Source: Gammaproteobacteria bacterium (GTDB lineage Bacteria; Pseudomonadota; Gammaproteobacteria; S012-40). Taken from it: a stretch of 64,000 nt of DNA. Made by a program: the position numbers and the translations under genes. Location of the stretch: assembly GCA_919902765.1 (NCBI GenBank), contig CAKKRP010000043.1:22053-86052 (forward strand), written 5' to 3'. Shown here piece by piece: positions 52,608-61,963 of the stretch. The number at the start of each line of letters is the position of its first letter. Position 1 is the stretch's first letter. The notes beneath the pieces are model-generated. The model did not search any database. It was given only the letters and a program-made list of their open reading frames with translations, and was not told the origin of the DNA.

Positions 52608-53276
52608 CTATTCATTGGCATTGCGTTCCTCTTCACCCTCGTTTTCGGCATACATTGCTTCAACATATCGCCCAGAATGATCACGACGAAATATCTCCGG
52701 TTCACATAAATTGACCAATGAGCACGCGCGGCAGCGTTTGACCTCATCGGTAGGCGGCGGTGTTTTGCCCGATGCTAACAATGCATGCGCGCCTTCAATG
52801 GCCGCCACCGTAGTCGCTCGCAATGCATCGTCAATCATCACGGGTTCACGCCGTCGCACCTCCCAATACCAAATGGCGCCTTCGGTCACGCGGGTGTCGC
52901 GCATTTCTTCTATACACAAGGCTTGCGCGCACACTTGCACACGATCCCAATCTTCCACCTTCGGCTTGCCGCGTTTATATTCCACTGGGAAATAATGCAG
53001 CGGACTATTAGTCGCAGAATCGCCCGCCTCAATCTCCAGCAAATCCATTTTGCCGGTGAGTTGATATCGCTGCGAATTCAACATTACGCCGCGCTCATAC
53101 CGCGTGCCGCGCCGTTGTTCCGCCACGCCGGAATCTACCCGCTCGTGCAATAGATTGCCTTCGGCGGTGTATTGGTTGTCTGCCCACACCTGCTCAATAT
53201 GAATCAACGCAAACTGCCGGGGGCAGTAGGCGTAGTGTTGTAGGGCGGAGAGCACTATGAAATCAATCGTCTGCAT
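52608..53276 (-). CDS. cas4: CRISPR-associated exonuclease Cas4 (full length)
   Basis: 222 aa; N-terminal …ALQHYAYCPRQFAL…, RecB-nuclease core and C-terminal Cys cluster (…CRACSLVNLCEP…) = the four-Cys Fe-S motif of Cas4. Confidence 0.85.
   Translation of the reverse strand: MQTIDFIVLSALQHYAYCPRQFALIHIEQVWADNQYTAEGNLLHERVDSGVAEQRRGTRYERGVMLNSQRYQLTGKMDLLEIEAGDSATNSPLHYFPVEYKRGKPKVEDWDRVQVCAQALCIEEMRDTRVTEGAIWYWEVRRREPVMIDDALRATTVAAIEGAHALLASGKTPPPTDEVKRCRACSLVNLCEPEIFRRDHSGRYVEAMYAENEGEEERNANE
52883..53276. repeat. Direct repeat copy A (cas4 5' region) flanking the DUF433/DUF5615 insertion
   Basis: About 305 nt identical to 54018-54322 (TTCGGTCACGCGGGTGTCGCGCATTTC … GGTTGTCTGCCCA), then about 85 nt of about 88% identity, then complete divergence at the start codons. 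Confidence 0.85.
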
Positions 53277-53646
53277 GGCTTATCGGTCGTAGCAATGGAC
53301 GACTCCGTATCGTTTCACCGTTGAACACAATGAATTTTCCTAAATATGCGTCTGCGTCTCCTGCCAATTGCATCACCCATTGTGCCGGATCGCTGGGGCC
53401 ATAGGAATGTACCCGCAATAAAATAACGGCTGGCGGCGTGGGATGACCACGCACAAACACAAGTTCACCGTAATCCCGATCAAACGTCACCAGCCACCGT
53501 AGTTCGCGCGTCGCGCGCAATAATACCTCGCCATCGTCGATTCCCGGACAGGCTTCCGTGATGGAAACTACGTCATAACCGGCGACGCGGAGAAGCGTTA
53601 CCGACGGTGCCGGGAAATTTTCGTTAACCAATATCTTTACTGTCAT
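53263..53646 (-). CDS. DUF5615-family (Mut7-C/PIN-like RNase fold) protein; putative toxin of a DUF433/DUF5615 pair
   Basis: 127 aa, MTVKILVNENFPAPSVTLLRVAGYDVVSITE…DGEVLLRATRELRWLVTFDRDYGELVFVRGHPTPPAVILLRV… matches the DUF5615 family pattern (MkfLvDENLp…L…GHDv…EiL…a…R.LVT.DkDFgeLvf…vIlLRl). Overlaps the DUF433 gene by 4 nt and overlaps the cas4 start. Confidence 0.6.
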   Translation of the reverse strand: MTVKILVNENFPAPSVTLLRVAGYDVVSITEACPGIDDGEVLLRATRELRWLVTFDRDYGELVFVRGHPTPPAVILLRVHSYGPSDPAQWVMQLAGDADAYLGKFIVFNGETIRSRPLLRPISHADD

Positions 53647-53891
53647 GAATTGACCTTGCCCACGGCTGCAAACGTTTCTTCCTTAAACAACTCGGCTGCG
53701 AATGCGATAGCCGCCAACACATCATCCCGCGAAAGATGTGGATAAGCCGCAAGGATTGTTTCCATCGTCCATCCATCCGCCAATCGGTCGAGAATCAACT
53801 CGACTGAAATGCGCGTGCCTTTGATCACAGGTTTACCGACTAGAATGTTCGCGTTTACTTCGATGTGGTTTTTCCATTGCATATTCAACAC
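53643..53891 (-). CDS. DUF433-family protein; putative antitoxin partner of DUF5615
   Basis: 82 aa, …ILVGKPVIKGTRISVELILDRLADGWTMETILAAYPHLSRDDVLAAIAFAAE… matches the DUF433 signature (GKPvIrGTRI.V..IL..LA.G.s.eEIl.dYP.Lt.eDI.AAL.yAa). Confidence 0.65.
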   Translation of the reverse strand: MLNMQWKNHIEVNANILVGKPVIKGTRISVELILDRLADGWTMETILAAYPHLSRDDVLAAIAFAAELFKEETFAAVGKVNS

Positions 53892-53991
53892 TTCCTCGGA
53901 AGGGTGAGTTATGGGATAAATAAGACTCTATGGTCGCTAAATTTCACGTCTTTACTATTTACGGTAACGGCAACGCTATCCAACGGAAAAT

Positions 53992-54411
53992 TTATAGTGA
54001 GCGTTCGCCCCTACGGCCTTCGGTCACGCGGGTGTCGCGCATTTCTTCTATACACAAGGCTTGCGCGCACACTTGCACACGATCCCAATCTTCCACCTTC
54101 GGCTTGCCGCGTTTATATTCCACTGGGAAATAATGCAGCGGACTATTAGTCGCAGAATCGCCCGCCTCAATCTCCAGCAAATCCATTTTGCCGGTGAGTT
54201 GATATCGCTGCGAATTCAACATTACGCCGCGCTCATACCGCGTGCCGCGCCGTTGTTCCGCCACGCCGGAATCTACCCGCTCGTGCAATAGATTGCCTTC
54301 GGCGGTGTATTGGTTGTCTGCCCATGCCTGTTCTACGTGTATCAACGCAAACTGCCGGGTGCAGTAGGCGTAGTGTTGTAGGGCGGAGATGGCTACGTAG
54401 TCGGCCTCCAT
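53992..54411 (-). pseudogene. Truncated cas4 duplicate (N-terminal 130 aa of Cas4 with divergent first about 30 codons and an unrelated 7-aa tail)
   Basis: MEADYVAISALQHYAYCTRQFALIHVEQAWADNQY…TRVTEGRRGERSL*. Identical to Cas4 residues about 32-133 at the nucleotide level and lacks the C-terminal nuclease/Cys-cluster half. Its start codon lies 6 nt after the cas7 stop, the native cas7-cas4 junction. Confidence 0.65.
54018..54411. repeat. Direct repeat copy B (cas4 5' region) flanking the DUF433/DUF5615 insertion
   Basis: See copy A; perfect identity over about 305 nt, divergent toward the start codon. Confidence 0.85.
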
Positions 54412-54416
54412 GGGGA

Positions 54417-55295
54417 CTAAAAGCCGTCAATTTCCTCTGCAACTAATCCTTTTAACTCCTTTAGCATGTAGCTACCATCTGGATTCACAGTTAGTGAGTT
54501 ATGCACCTTTGCTGACGAGTATTGACCAGGTTTGGAGTTGTGCTTCCACCAAATTACCTTACTGACCGCCATAGAACCTTCAGGTCGTGCGGAAGAAGCA
54601 TCACCTTCAAATAACTTTGGCAATATCTCTTTAATAGTAAGAGCATCTTTGTCGCTAAATCCGGTACGATCTGCGAGCTGGGGCGTCATCGCGCCAAACG
54701 CCACATAGAACGCCTTATCGACACGATGTTTCATACCCATCGTATCTGAACCTTTTTTACTACCATCGCCTTCACCACTCACACTTTTGGTGATTTGTGT
54801 ACTGGTAATACTGATAGGCTCAACACTAAAAGCAGATTGAATAGTTACTGGCCCACGAATAGCAATAGAAATACCATTTGCACTTTCATCCTCCTTCCGT
54901 TCTTCCGAGTTCTTTTTCTTCGTTTTGGCATCACCTTTAAAGGCAAATAGCTGTCCAAATGCTCGAACATCGAACCACGTATTACAGGCTTGTTTTGCGG
55001 CATCTTCTGGTTTGGCGTTCTTGCTATTTAGCGCACCTTTTCCCAATACAGATTCCGCTCTTGCTTTCAGACTCATCATGCCATCTGTTTTTTTTTCATC
55101 CGATTGAACAAAAATAGCTTGTCCAACACTTTGTAAACGATCACGCAATTTTCGCTTTAAACAAACATCGGTCACCTCACCAAAGCCGTCGTAGTCCGTA
55201 CGTGGCCGATTACCGTTTAAGGGATCGCCATTCGGGTTAGCATTCTTAACATTAAAAATTATTGCAAAATCAATTTTGTTTGTGAGCGTAGCCAT
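54417..55295 (-). CDS. cas7: Type I-C Cas7 (Csd2)
   Basis: 292 aa, MATLTNKIDFAIIFNVKNANPNGDPLNGNRPRTD… with the NPNGDP motif characteristic of Csd2/Cas7 of types I-C/I-B. Confidence 0.9.
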   Translation of the reverse strand: MATLTNKIDFAIIFNVKNANPNGDPLNGNRPRTDYDGFGEVTDVCLKRKLRDRLQSVGQAIFVQSDEKKTDGMMSLKARAESVLGKGALNSKNAKPEDAAKQACNTWFDVRAFGQLFAFKGDAKTKKKNSEERKEDESANGISIAIRGPVTIQSAFSVEPISITSTQITKSVSGEGDGSKKGSDTMGMKHRVDKAFYVAFGAMTPQLADRTGFSDKDALTIKEILPKLFEGDASSARPEGSMAVSKVIWWKHNSKPGQYSSAKVHNSLTVNPDGSYMLKELKGLVAEEIDGF

Positions 55296-57409
55296 TATTC
55301 ATCTCCTTCATGGGTTTCAGTTTCAGTTTCAGTATCAGTATCATCTTCGGTACTATCCTTTAGAATCCACTGACCCTCTTTCAACTTGTGCTCTCTAAGC
55401 CATTTTCGTTGGCAGTGAAATCCCAAAAGATACTCTCCTGTCAGCTTCTCATTAGAATTGAAATCTTTAATTTCAATAATCTCATGTACATCCTCAAGCA
55501 AACGTTTATAGGCTGCTTCCAGTGGTGGTATTTTACTTTTTAATCGTTGCTGATATGGAATAATTCCATTATGAATTGTCAACCAAGTAGCGGCTGGATA
55601 ATCAGAAAATCGCTGCATCAACCGATTCGCTGTCGTTGATCTATTTTCCTTGGCTATTCTGAGTGCCATTTCTTCAATGTGATCAGCAATAGCAAGTAAA
55701 CGACCATATAAATAGTCTCGCGAGTGATAAGAAGTTTCTAAAGCCATAGCATAATTTCTCCTTTTTGATAAATCTGGATGACGATTAAAAAATCCACGGT
55801 ACAATGCGCAGGCCACTCCCAAATCTTTCTCCCAAGCGGCTAATTCACTAGCCGTATTAGAATACTGACCTGAGAATCGCTTGACATTTCTGTTACTGAC
55901 ACGACGCACACAGGAATTGACAATGTCTATAGGAAACGCACGTTCCTCAATAATGCAAGGAAGTAATCGTTCTATCGTTGCGGATAATAATTTTTTCTTC
56001 TTATCATCTTCAACGGCCTTTCCAAATGCGGCTAAAACGATGTTTTTAGGTGCAGGCGCACTAACAGGCCAGATCGTCTTTGATATTGGCTTTTTACCAT
56101 CCGGTTGAGGCATATCAATGATATGACGTTGCTGCCAAGAAAAATCGAGATGCCAGCGCTCTAAACGATCTATAAATTCCTTCGCAAAACATTCACGATA
56201 GTAGGTAATACCCACACGCCCAGATGTTGCCGAGTCAATCGCCATAATCACGATACTTTCCATATCGCCTAACTCAGCACGATAGCCTGCCATCTTTTTA
56301 TTGAGCTTTAGTGCAAAAGATTGACCTAGGTCACGACCATGGTCAATATTGGCGGTGAGCTCTTCTACCTTCTCAGATGAATCAATCTCGTCAAGATCGT
56401 CCCAATCAAATAAGGTGTATGAGTCAGTCATGGGCTCAGGAATGGGCTTTCCTGAAACAGCCCAAGAAACAATTACCTGTTTGCCATTTTCATGGCCTTG
56501 CCTTCGAATTAACCATTTTAGAGCATTATGGCTTTTCTGTGTCGCTAACAAACCCACTCCAACAGCTTGTAGACCATCGCATTTGACACTGGCCTTTGTA
56601 TCGGTGAATCGACCAAGGAATGTATAACCTTCCATATCATTCGAAGAAATAAGCTTCGCATTGCCCGCAGCCCTAATGATTTTCGATGGATGATTTGATG
56701 CCAAAATGGTTTGCTTCCCCGTTACAAAACACAACCCTTCTACCCCGTCACTCAATGCATCAAAAGATGCCCAACTATCTTGTATAGATGTATCTAGCCA
56801 TGTATCACTAACAGGATCGCCTTCGATATACACAGACCAACAGACTAAAGCAGTTCCTTGATCAAAGGTCTTTGTTTCAATATCTTTTGAAATTGAATTA
56901 AATATCAATGGTTCAACATCAGACTTTAATTCATCTGCTGACTTAGGTGTTAGCAAACAACCATTATCATCCACAAATAGAATTTTCGCTTTAACTAAAT
57001 CTTCGATAACATTACCATTTTCAACATATTTCAATACAGCTTTCGCTTTTAGATGACCAAGTTGTGAGTCGCACCAACTTTTTAACAGAGTATGATATGC
57101 CTCAAAAAACGAAGGTTTCTTTCCGCCAAACTTTGGACTGTAGTCTTTGGCTACATATTGGAGCTTGTCTGCAAGTGGATGTGGTGGAGGTCGTTTTCCT
57201 GTACGCCCTGCTGATTTTTCAGTTGCAGGCAGAATTATTGGCGTTTTAGTCAGGACTTTTGCACTGATAAATTTTCCATTAATATCTATAGCTATATTGA
57301 TATTCGCATTCTGCTTGGAATGGCTTAATGGGATTAATTGTTGATCGTCTGGCAAGTTAAGTGATATTGCTTGTTCATAGGTTTCATATAGTTTCGCCAT
57401 CCAACTCAT
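55295..57409 (-). CDS. cas8c: Type I-C Cas8c (Csd1) large subunit
   Basis: 704 aa between cas5 and cas7 with 4-nt/1-nt operonic overlaps; size and position are those of Csd1. Acidic C-terminal tail. Confidence 0.8.
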   Translation of the reverse strand: MSWMAKLYETYEQAISLNLPDDQQLIPLSHSKQNANINIAIDINGKFISAKVLTKTPIILPATEKSAGRTGKRPPPHPLADKLQYVAKDYSPKFGGKKPSFFEAYHTLLKSWCDSQLGHLKAKAVLKYVENGNVIEDLVKAKILFVDDNGCLLTPKSADELKSDVEPLIFNSISKDIETKTFDQGTALVCWSVYIEGDPVSDTWLDTSIQDSWASFDALSDGVEGLCFVTGKQTILASNHPSKIIRAAGNAKLISSNDMEGYTFLGRFTDTKASVKCDGLQAVGVGLLATQKSHNALKWLIRRQGHENGKQVIVSWAVSGKPIPEPMTDSYTLFDWDDLDEIDSSEKVEELTANIDHGRDLGQSFALKLNKKMAGYRAELGDMESIVIMAIDSATSGRVGITYYRECFAKEFIDRLERWHLDFSWQQRHIIDMPQPDGKKPISKTIWPVSAPAPKNIVLAAFGKAVEDDKKKKLLSATIERLLPCIIEERAFPIDIVNSCVRRVSNRNVKRFSGQYSNTASELAAWEKDLGVACALYRGFFNRHPDLSKRRNYAMALETSYHSRDYLYGRLLAIADHIEEMALRIAKENRSTTANRLMQRFSDYPAATWLTIHNGIIPYQQRLKSKIPPLEAAYKRLLEDVHEIIEIKDFNSNEKLTGEYLLGFHCQRKWLREHKLKEGQWILKDSTEDDTDTETETETHEGDE

Positions 57410-58110
57410 AGTTGCGCCTCCTCTGTATCGACCGCTACTAGGTTTTCACCCTCAGCAAAAAATTTACCTATCATCGGCCGCACGAAACGACGTACTTTGC
57501 AGGCACTAGGATGCGGAAACTCCAATACACCGCGTTTCATCGTGGCGTACCAAAAGCGGCTATGTAACTCATTAATACCAGTTTCATCGGGATAATCAAA
57601 ACCGTGAAACATTAAACCAAAACCTAACTCATCAATCGCATCGTATGCGCCTTTTCCCCCGCCAAACTCACATGGCTCCACGTAAGCTTGACAGTCGCGT
57701 GTACCCAAGAAAATATCCTGGCGACCGCCTTTTTCCAGCATACGGGTAGCAATACTAAAATGCTTACCATCAACCCGATCTTTGGCAAGCTCTGGTCTAT
57801 GTTCATTCCATTCAAAATGGGCTTCGACCTGATATTCCACCTCATGCAAAAAAGTATAAATAGCCAGGCTGTTACCTCCGTTCCACACCAAAGGTTTGGT
57901 GCCCTTCGTTTGGGTGCGCAATGGTGCCATAACACGCACTTTATCGACATACCAAATTATCGTTGGCTTCCAGTAAATGGATTTGAGCACGCCTTTTATT
58001 GCCTCGTAAGTTGGCACATGGTAAGAACATTTTTCGCCTCCTATTTTAGTAATAGGATCGGTGAATAACGCATACCGACCCCATAGTCTAAAGCTAATAC
58101 TATTTTTCAT
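57406..58110 (-). CDS. cas5: Type I-C Cas5 (Cas5d, pre-crRNA endonuclease)
   Basis: 234 aa, MKNSISFRLWGRYALFTDPITKIGGEKCSYHVPTYEAIKGVLKSIYWKP… canonical Cas5d N-terminus. Confidence 0.85.
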   Translation of the reverse strand: MKNSISFRLWGRYALFTDPITKIGGEKCSYHVPTYEAIKGVLKSIYWKPTIIWYVDKVRVMAPLRTQTKGTKPLVWNGGNSLAIYTFLHEVEYQVEAHFEWNEHRPELAKDRVDGKHFSIATRMLEKGGRQDIFLGTRDCQAYVEPCEFGGGKGAYDAIDELGFGLMFHGFDYPDETGINELHSRFWYATMKRGVLEFPHPSACKVRRFVRPMIGKFFAEGENLVAVDTEEAQL

Positions 58111-58122
58111 CTCTGCTTCTCC

Positions 58123-60573
58123 TCAACAGATATTGCTGCTTAGCTTGCCTACCGGTTCGGTTGATAGACCAAAATCATCGCTGTAATAACGCTCATCCAA
58201 GAAATAGACGCCTTCTCCTTGAATTTCATATAGGGCATTTTCATCTTTAAGCGCATTCCATACATTTGGAAATATGTTTACACTATACTTTTGCGCTTTC
58301 CTGAGCAAAGCGTAATAGCGGTGGGCGTCAAACTCTTTCGCAATAGCGCATAGTTCAGTAACTAAGTGCTTGCCGTCACCATACTGAACAATAACCGAAT
58401 GCGTGGGTGCGTCTATGGCTTTAAACGCGTTGCCAGCAGTCATGAAAGATTGTTGAAGCAAAGGTAGTTTTGGAAAGCGATATTGATATGCCGGGTTAAA
58501 TTGGTTGCCACAGAGCAGATTAAGCAGCGAGTCGTTGCGAGATGCTTGCTTGGCGGATAGCGGATAATCCATTTCATTAGCTCGATCATAAAAGTAGTAT
58601 TGGAAATACCGCTTAATTTTTTCTGGCGCGAGTAAATCACCGTCTTGTAGTTCACTGAACACCCTCAATGTTTTTTCTTGTCCGACTTTAATGTCTTTGA
58701 GCAAGTCGATATTTTCCGTTATTGGGTTTATTACATAGACGGTCGCGGTCGGTAGATTTCCGCTACGATTGCAGCGCCCAGCAGCTTGAGCTATTGAATC
58801 GAGGCCTGCAAGAAAACGAATGACACTGGCAAAGTCGATATCAACTCCAGCCTCAATTAGTTGGGTGCTTATGCACAATACCGGCAACTGTTGGTATAAT
58901 CTTTCGCGTATTTTATCGAGCAAATGTTTTCGATGCGCTGGACACTGGTTTGTACTTAAATGAAATAGCGCGTCTTCGGGAATTTCAAACTGACAAAGTA
59001 AATATAAGCACTGTGCCCATGCCTTGGTATTTACTATGACCAAGCAGCTATTTTTTATCGTGAACTCACTTATCGCTAGCGCAACGATTTCTTCTTCCGT
59101 CCAACCATCAGTCTTAATGTTATTAATGATATTTACACGTTTTAGATCTTTAAATAGCTGGCCTACATCTCCAATGATTTCATTTTCTTTCGAGATAAAC
59201 AACTGACCTTTGTTAGGTACCCTTAGTTCGTCAAGCAATGGCTGTGTGGCCGTGCAAAGTACAGTGGTTGTTTTCGCGTATTCAGTCAAAAAATTGATGG
59301 CGTTACAAAATATGTGCGTACAATTGATGGGTAAGGTTTGTATCTCGTCAAAAATTAGTACACTGTTGGCGAGTTGGTGCAATCGCCTGACGCCGCGAGT
59401 GCCCCCACTAAATAAAGTTTCTAATAACTGAACCATAGTAGTTAGTATGATAGGGGAATCCCAGTTGTCGGATACTAGCTTGTTGTGCCAAGTTTGGTTT
59501 TCTGGATCAAGATTGGAATGGTGTTCCAAAACCCAAGGGAACTCGTCGCTCTTGTCTTCGATTACCTTGCGAATCGCATCCGCATTTTGTTCGATAATCG
59601 AGGTATACGGGATGATATAGATAATTCGATCAAGTTTATGGAAATATGCGTGATGTAGGGCGAAGCGTAAGCTGGCGTAAGTTTTACCCCCGCCTGTAGG
59701 TACTGTTAACGTATAAATGCCTTGTTTTTTCTTCGCGTTGGCGTAGCAACTGTCCGAAATATCACGTCGGATATGATCTATAGGAGTACTACTTGCAAGA
59801 TTAAGCAAACTGTCTTCTAACCGCTCAATAGCTACTGACCAGGGTACCGTTTTCCTATTGCGGACATATGCATTTTCAGGAGTTTCAAAGTCTGCGCTAT
59901 TAATGCGATCTGCGTCAATTAGACAACTAAATAGAAAACGGGAAAAAAAACCGAGATAGAAAGCATGAATATTGTCGCTAATATTTTGGCCGTGTTGTTC
60001 GGTGCGCAGTATATTTTTTATTATTTCTATCATTTGAGTTATTAGTTTTTTCCCAGCGAGTTGGCCTGCCATCGTAAGCACAGCGTCATTCGCGTTCTCC
60101 ATGCATTCTGTAAAATTGGTTTTATTATCTGCTTTTTTCATTCTCTCGATAAAGCCATTTCCACCTTCAGGCTTTAAGCAATCGATTATCCCACTATGGT
60201 GAGAGGCGATGCACAACGCGAGAATCTGTCCGCAAAGTTCCCCTTGGCCGTTCTTGCCATATTGTCTTAGATTGTTCCATACCCATTGTGCGCCAGCGCT
60301 TGAGTGATCAATTTTACCTTTTAGTTCTTTCGCGTCTACGTAGTTATCATCAATGTCGGGATTTAGTTTGCCTGTCGCGGATTCAATGTAATCCTGGAAT
60401 GCTCGACTATATTTACCAAAGTCATGCATGAGGCCGAGGAGTTGACCGGCGTCATACAAACCTATCTTGGCAGTTAGAGAGGCGGTAAGACTTGAAACCC
60501 CAAATAAATGCTGCTCAAGTGTTTGTTCTTTCTTGTCAGTAGTCCGTATGTGGGCAACATAGCTTTTTTTCAT
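58123..60573 (-). CDS. cas3: Cas3 HD nuclease/helicase
   Basis: 816 aa; N-terminal HD domain (…LGLMHDFGKYS…), helicase motif I (TVPTGGGKT), motif II (LIFDEIQ), C-terminal domain. Confidence 0.9.
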   Translation of the reverse strand: MKKSYVAHIRTTDKKEQTLEQHLFGVSSLTASLTAKIGLYDAGQLLGLMHDFGKYSRAFQDYIESATGKLNPDIDDNYVDAKELKGKIDHSSAGAQWVWNNLRQYGKNGQGELCGQILALCIASHHSGIIDCLKPEGGNGFIERMKKADNKTNFTECMENANDAVLTMAGQLAGKKLITQMIEIIKNILRTEQHGQNISDNIHAFYLGFFSRFLFSCLIDADRINSADFETPENAYVRNRKTVPWSVAIERLEDSLLNLASSTPIDHIRRDISDSCYANAKKKQGIYTLTVPTGGGKTYASLRFALHHAYFHKLDRIIYIIPYTSIIEQNADAIRKVIEDKSDEFPWVLEHHSNLDPENQTWHNKLVSDNWDSPIILTTMVQLLETLFSGGTRGVRRLHQLANSVLIFDEIQTLPINCTHIFCNAINFLTEYAKTTTVLCTATQPLLDELRVPNKGQLFISKENEIIGDVGQLFKDLKRVNIINNIKTDGWTEEEIVALAISEFTIKNSCLVIVNTKAWAQCLYLLCQFEIPEDALFHLSTNQCPAHRKHLLDKIRERLYQQLPVLCISTQLIEAGVDIDFASVIRFLAGLDSIAQAAGRCNRSGNLPTATVYVINPITENIDLLKDIKVGQEKTLRVFSELQDGDLLAPEKIKRYFQYYFYDRANEMDYPLSAKQASRNDSLLNLLCGNQFNPAYQYRFPKLPLLQQSFMTAGNAFKAIDAPTHSVIVQYGDGKHLVTELCAIAKEFDAHRYYALLRKAQKYSVNIFPNVWNALKDENALYEIQGEGVYFLDERYYSDDFGLSTEPVGKLSSNIC

Positions 60574-60638
60574 AACCAGTAATTTTCCGATATACGTGAA
60601 CCCAATTTCGCATGATATGAATGTAGTCCCAGATCACG

Positions 60639-60819
60639 CCGATTTTTGTAACTATTCAGCATGTGACCCTCCCCCTTTGTAAAAGGGGGATAGAGGGGGA
60701 TTTAATCCCTCTGCGCACTGATTTTATCGAGAAAAGTGGCAGCAAATCCCCCCTCGCCCCCCTTTTTCAAAGGGGGGACACTCAATATCGAGTATGTGCT
60801 GAATAGTTACCGATTTTTT
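60639..60819. mobile_element. MITE-like element (about 163 bp) with terminal inverted repeats and 8-9-bp target-site duplication, in the cas3 upstream region
   Basis: TIRs GTAACTATTCAGCA…(60648-60661) / …TGCTGAATAGTTAC (60797-60810). They are flanked by direct repeats CCGATTTTT (60639-60647) and (C)CGATTTTT (60810/60811-60818). The interior is G/C-hairpin rich (CCCCCTTTgtAAAAGGGGG; GAGGGGGATTTAATCCCTC; CCCCCCTTTTTCAAAGGGGGG). Confidence 0.5.
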
Positions 60820-61222
60820 TCAAAGATAGAATTTCCCTACGCTATCCACAAGAGGCCGCGAAGTCCAATATTATGTCAATGAGATACTCCAACGCCACCC
60901 CCCCAACCAATATTAGTCTTTCCAAACAACAATGCCAAGCCCATGTTAGGAGCATTTATACATATCCTGTGAACACGCTTCCGCCCTTCCCCACACCACT
61001 CGCTTGGAGAAACCTGGATATTTAGAAACGCAACATATCACAAAATGCCGCGCTGTTAGCGCGCGGATATAAAATGTAGAGTGAGTCTAATCGGAGGAAT
61101 CGAGAGGCGTGTTAATAATAAAACTATTGCCGTACGCTGATTGGCGGGCTGCGCAAAAAACGCAACCCACCGAATATAACTCAGCAATTCATTAACTTAT
61201 TACACTGGGGTGTGAGAGGCGC

Positions 61223-61963
61223 TTACAACAACGGAATCGTCATTTCCAATAAATGTCGCACGTCTTCCATGCCGACTTTTAAATTGCTTTCGATTTGTTC
61301 CATTGTTAATGCTTGGTCGCCCCGCCCCGCCCCCATGTTGGCGATGACCGCGCATGTCGCATAACAAAGCGCTAATTCGCGCGCCAAGGCGGCTTCGGGC
61401 ATGCCTGTCATCCCTACGATATCGCAACCGTCGCGTTCCAGCCGGTTGATTTCAGCGGCGGTTTCCAAGCGTGGCCCTTGCGTCGCGGCGTAGATTCCGC
61501 GCGGTGCGGTATTCAAACCCAATTGACCGCTTGCTTGCAACAAGACTTGACGTAACTCTTCGCAATACGGTGTCGTGAAATCGATATGCACCACTTGTTT
61601 TAAACTGTCTTCAAAAAACGTGGTGCCGCGTCCCCAGGTGTAATCGATAATTTGATCGGGGACGACCAAACGGCCCGGGGTCAGATCCGCGTGTATGCCA
61701 CCGACGGCGGCGACCGCAATCACTTTTTTTACGCCTACTTCTTTTAACGCATAGACATTCGCGCGATAATTTATTTTGTGCGGCGGTATCGTATGGCCGG
61801 GCCCGTGACGCGGCAAGAACACCACTTGTTTATCCGCCAGCGAACCATAAACCAACGGCCCGGACGGCTCGCCATACGGTGTATGCACGACTTCACGCCG
61901 TAATATTTTCAAATTGTGCAACGACGTGAGCCCTGTCCCGCCGATAATCGCGATTTCAGCCAT
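61223..61963 (-). CDS. mtnP: S-methyl-5'-thioadenosine phosphorylase (purine nucleoside phosphorylase family)
   Basis: MAEIAIIGGTGL…VVFLPRHGPGHTIPPHKINYRANVYALKEVGV…; 246 aa, MTAP-type signature. Confidence 0.85.
   Translation of the reverse strand: MAEIAIIGGTGLTSLHNLKILRREVVHTPYGEPSGPLVYGSLADKQVVFLPRHGPGHTIPPHKINYRANVYALKEVGVKKVIAVAAVGGIHADLTPGRLVVPDQIIDYTWGRGTTFFEDSLKQVVHIDFTTPYCEELRQVLLQASGQLGLNTAPRGIYAATQGPRLETAAEINRLERDGCDIVGMTGMPEAALARELALCYATCAVIANMGAGRGDQALTMEQIESNLKVGMEDVRHLLEMTIPLL

Noticed and set aside
52711-54291. Plus-strand ORFs (for example 52711-52995, 52785-53153, 53865-54149, 53930-54133, 54061-54291) with duplicated peptide segments
   Set aside because: They are antisense to cas4 and to the cas4 duplicate. 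Their duplication simply mirrors the roughly 390-bp direct repeat. There is no independent coding support.
53992-54411. Possibility that the 139-aa cas4-like ORF is a functional second (for example virus-type) Cas4
   Set aside because: It retains only the first Cys (YAYCTRQ). It lacks the RecB nuclease C-terminal half and the three C-terminal Cys of the Fe-S cluster. It terminates in non-homologous sequence 7 codons after the repeat boundary. I treat it as a truncated pseudogene.
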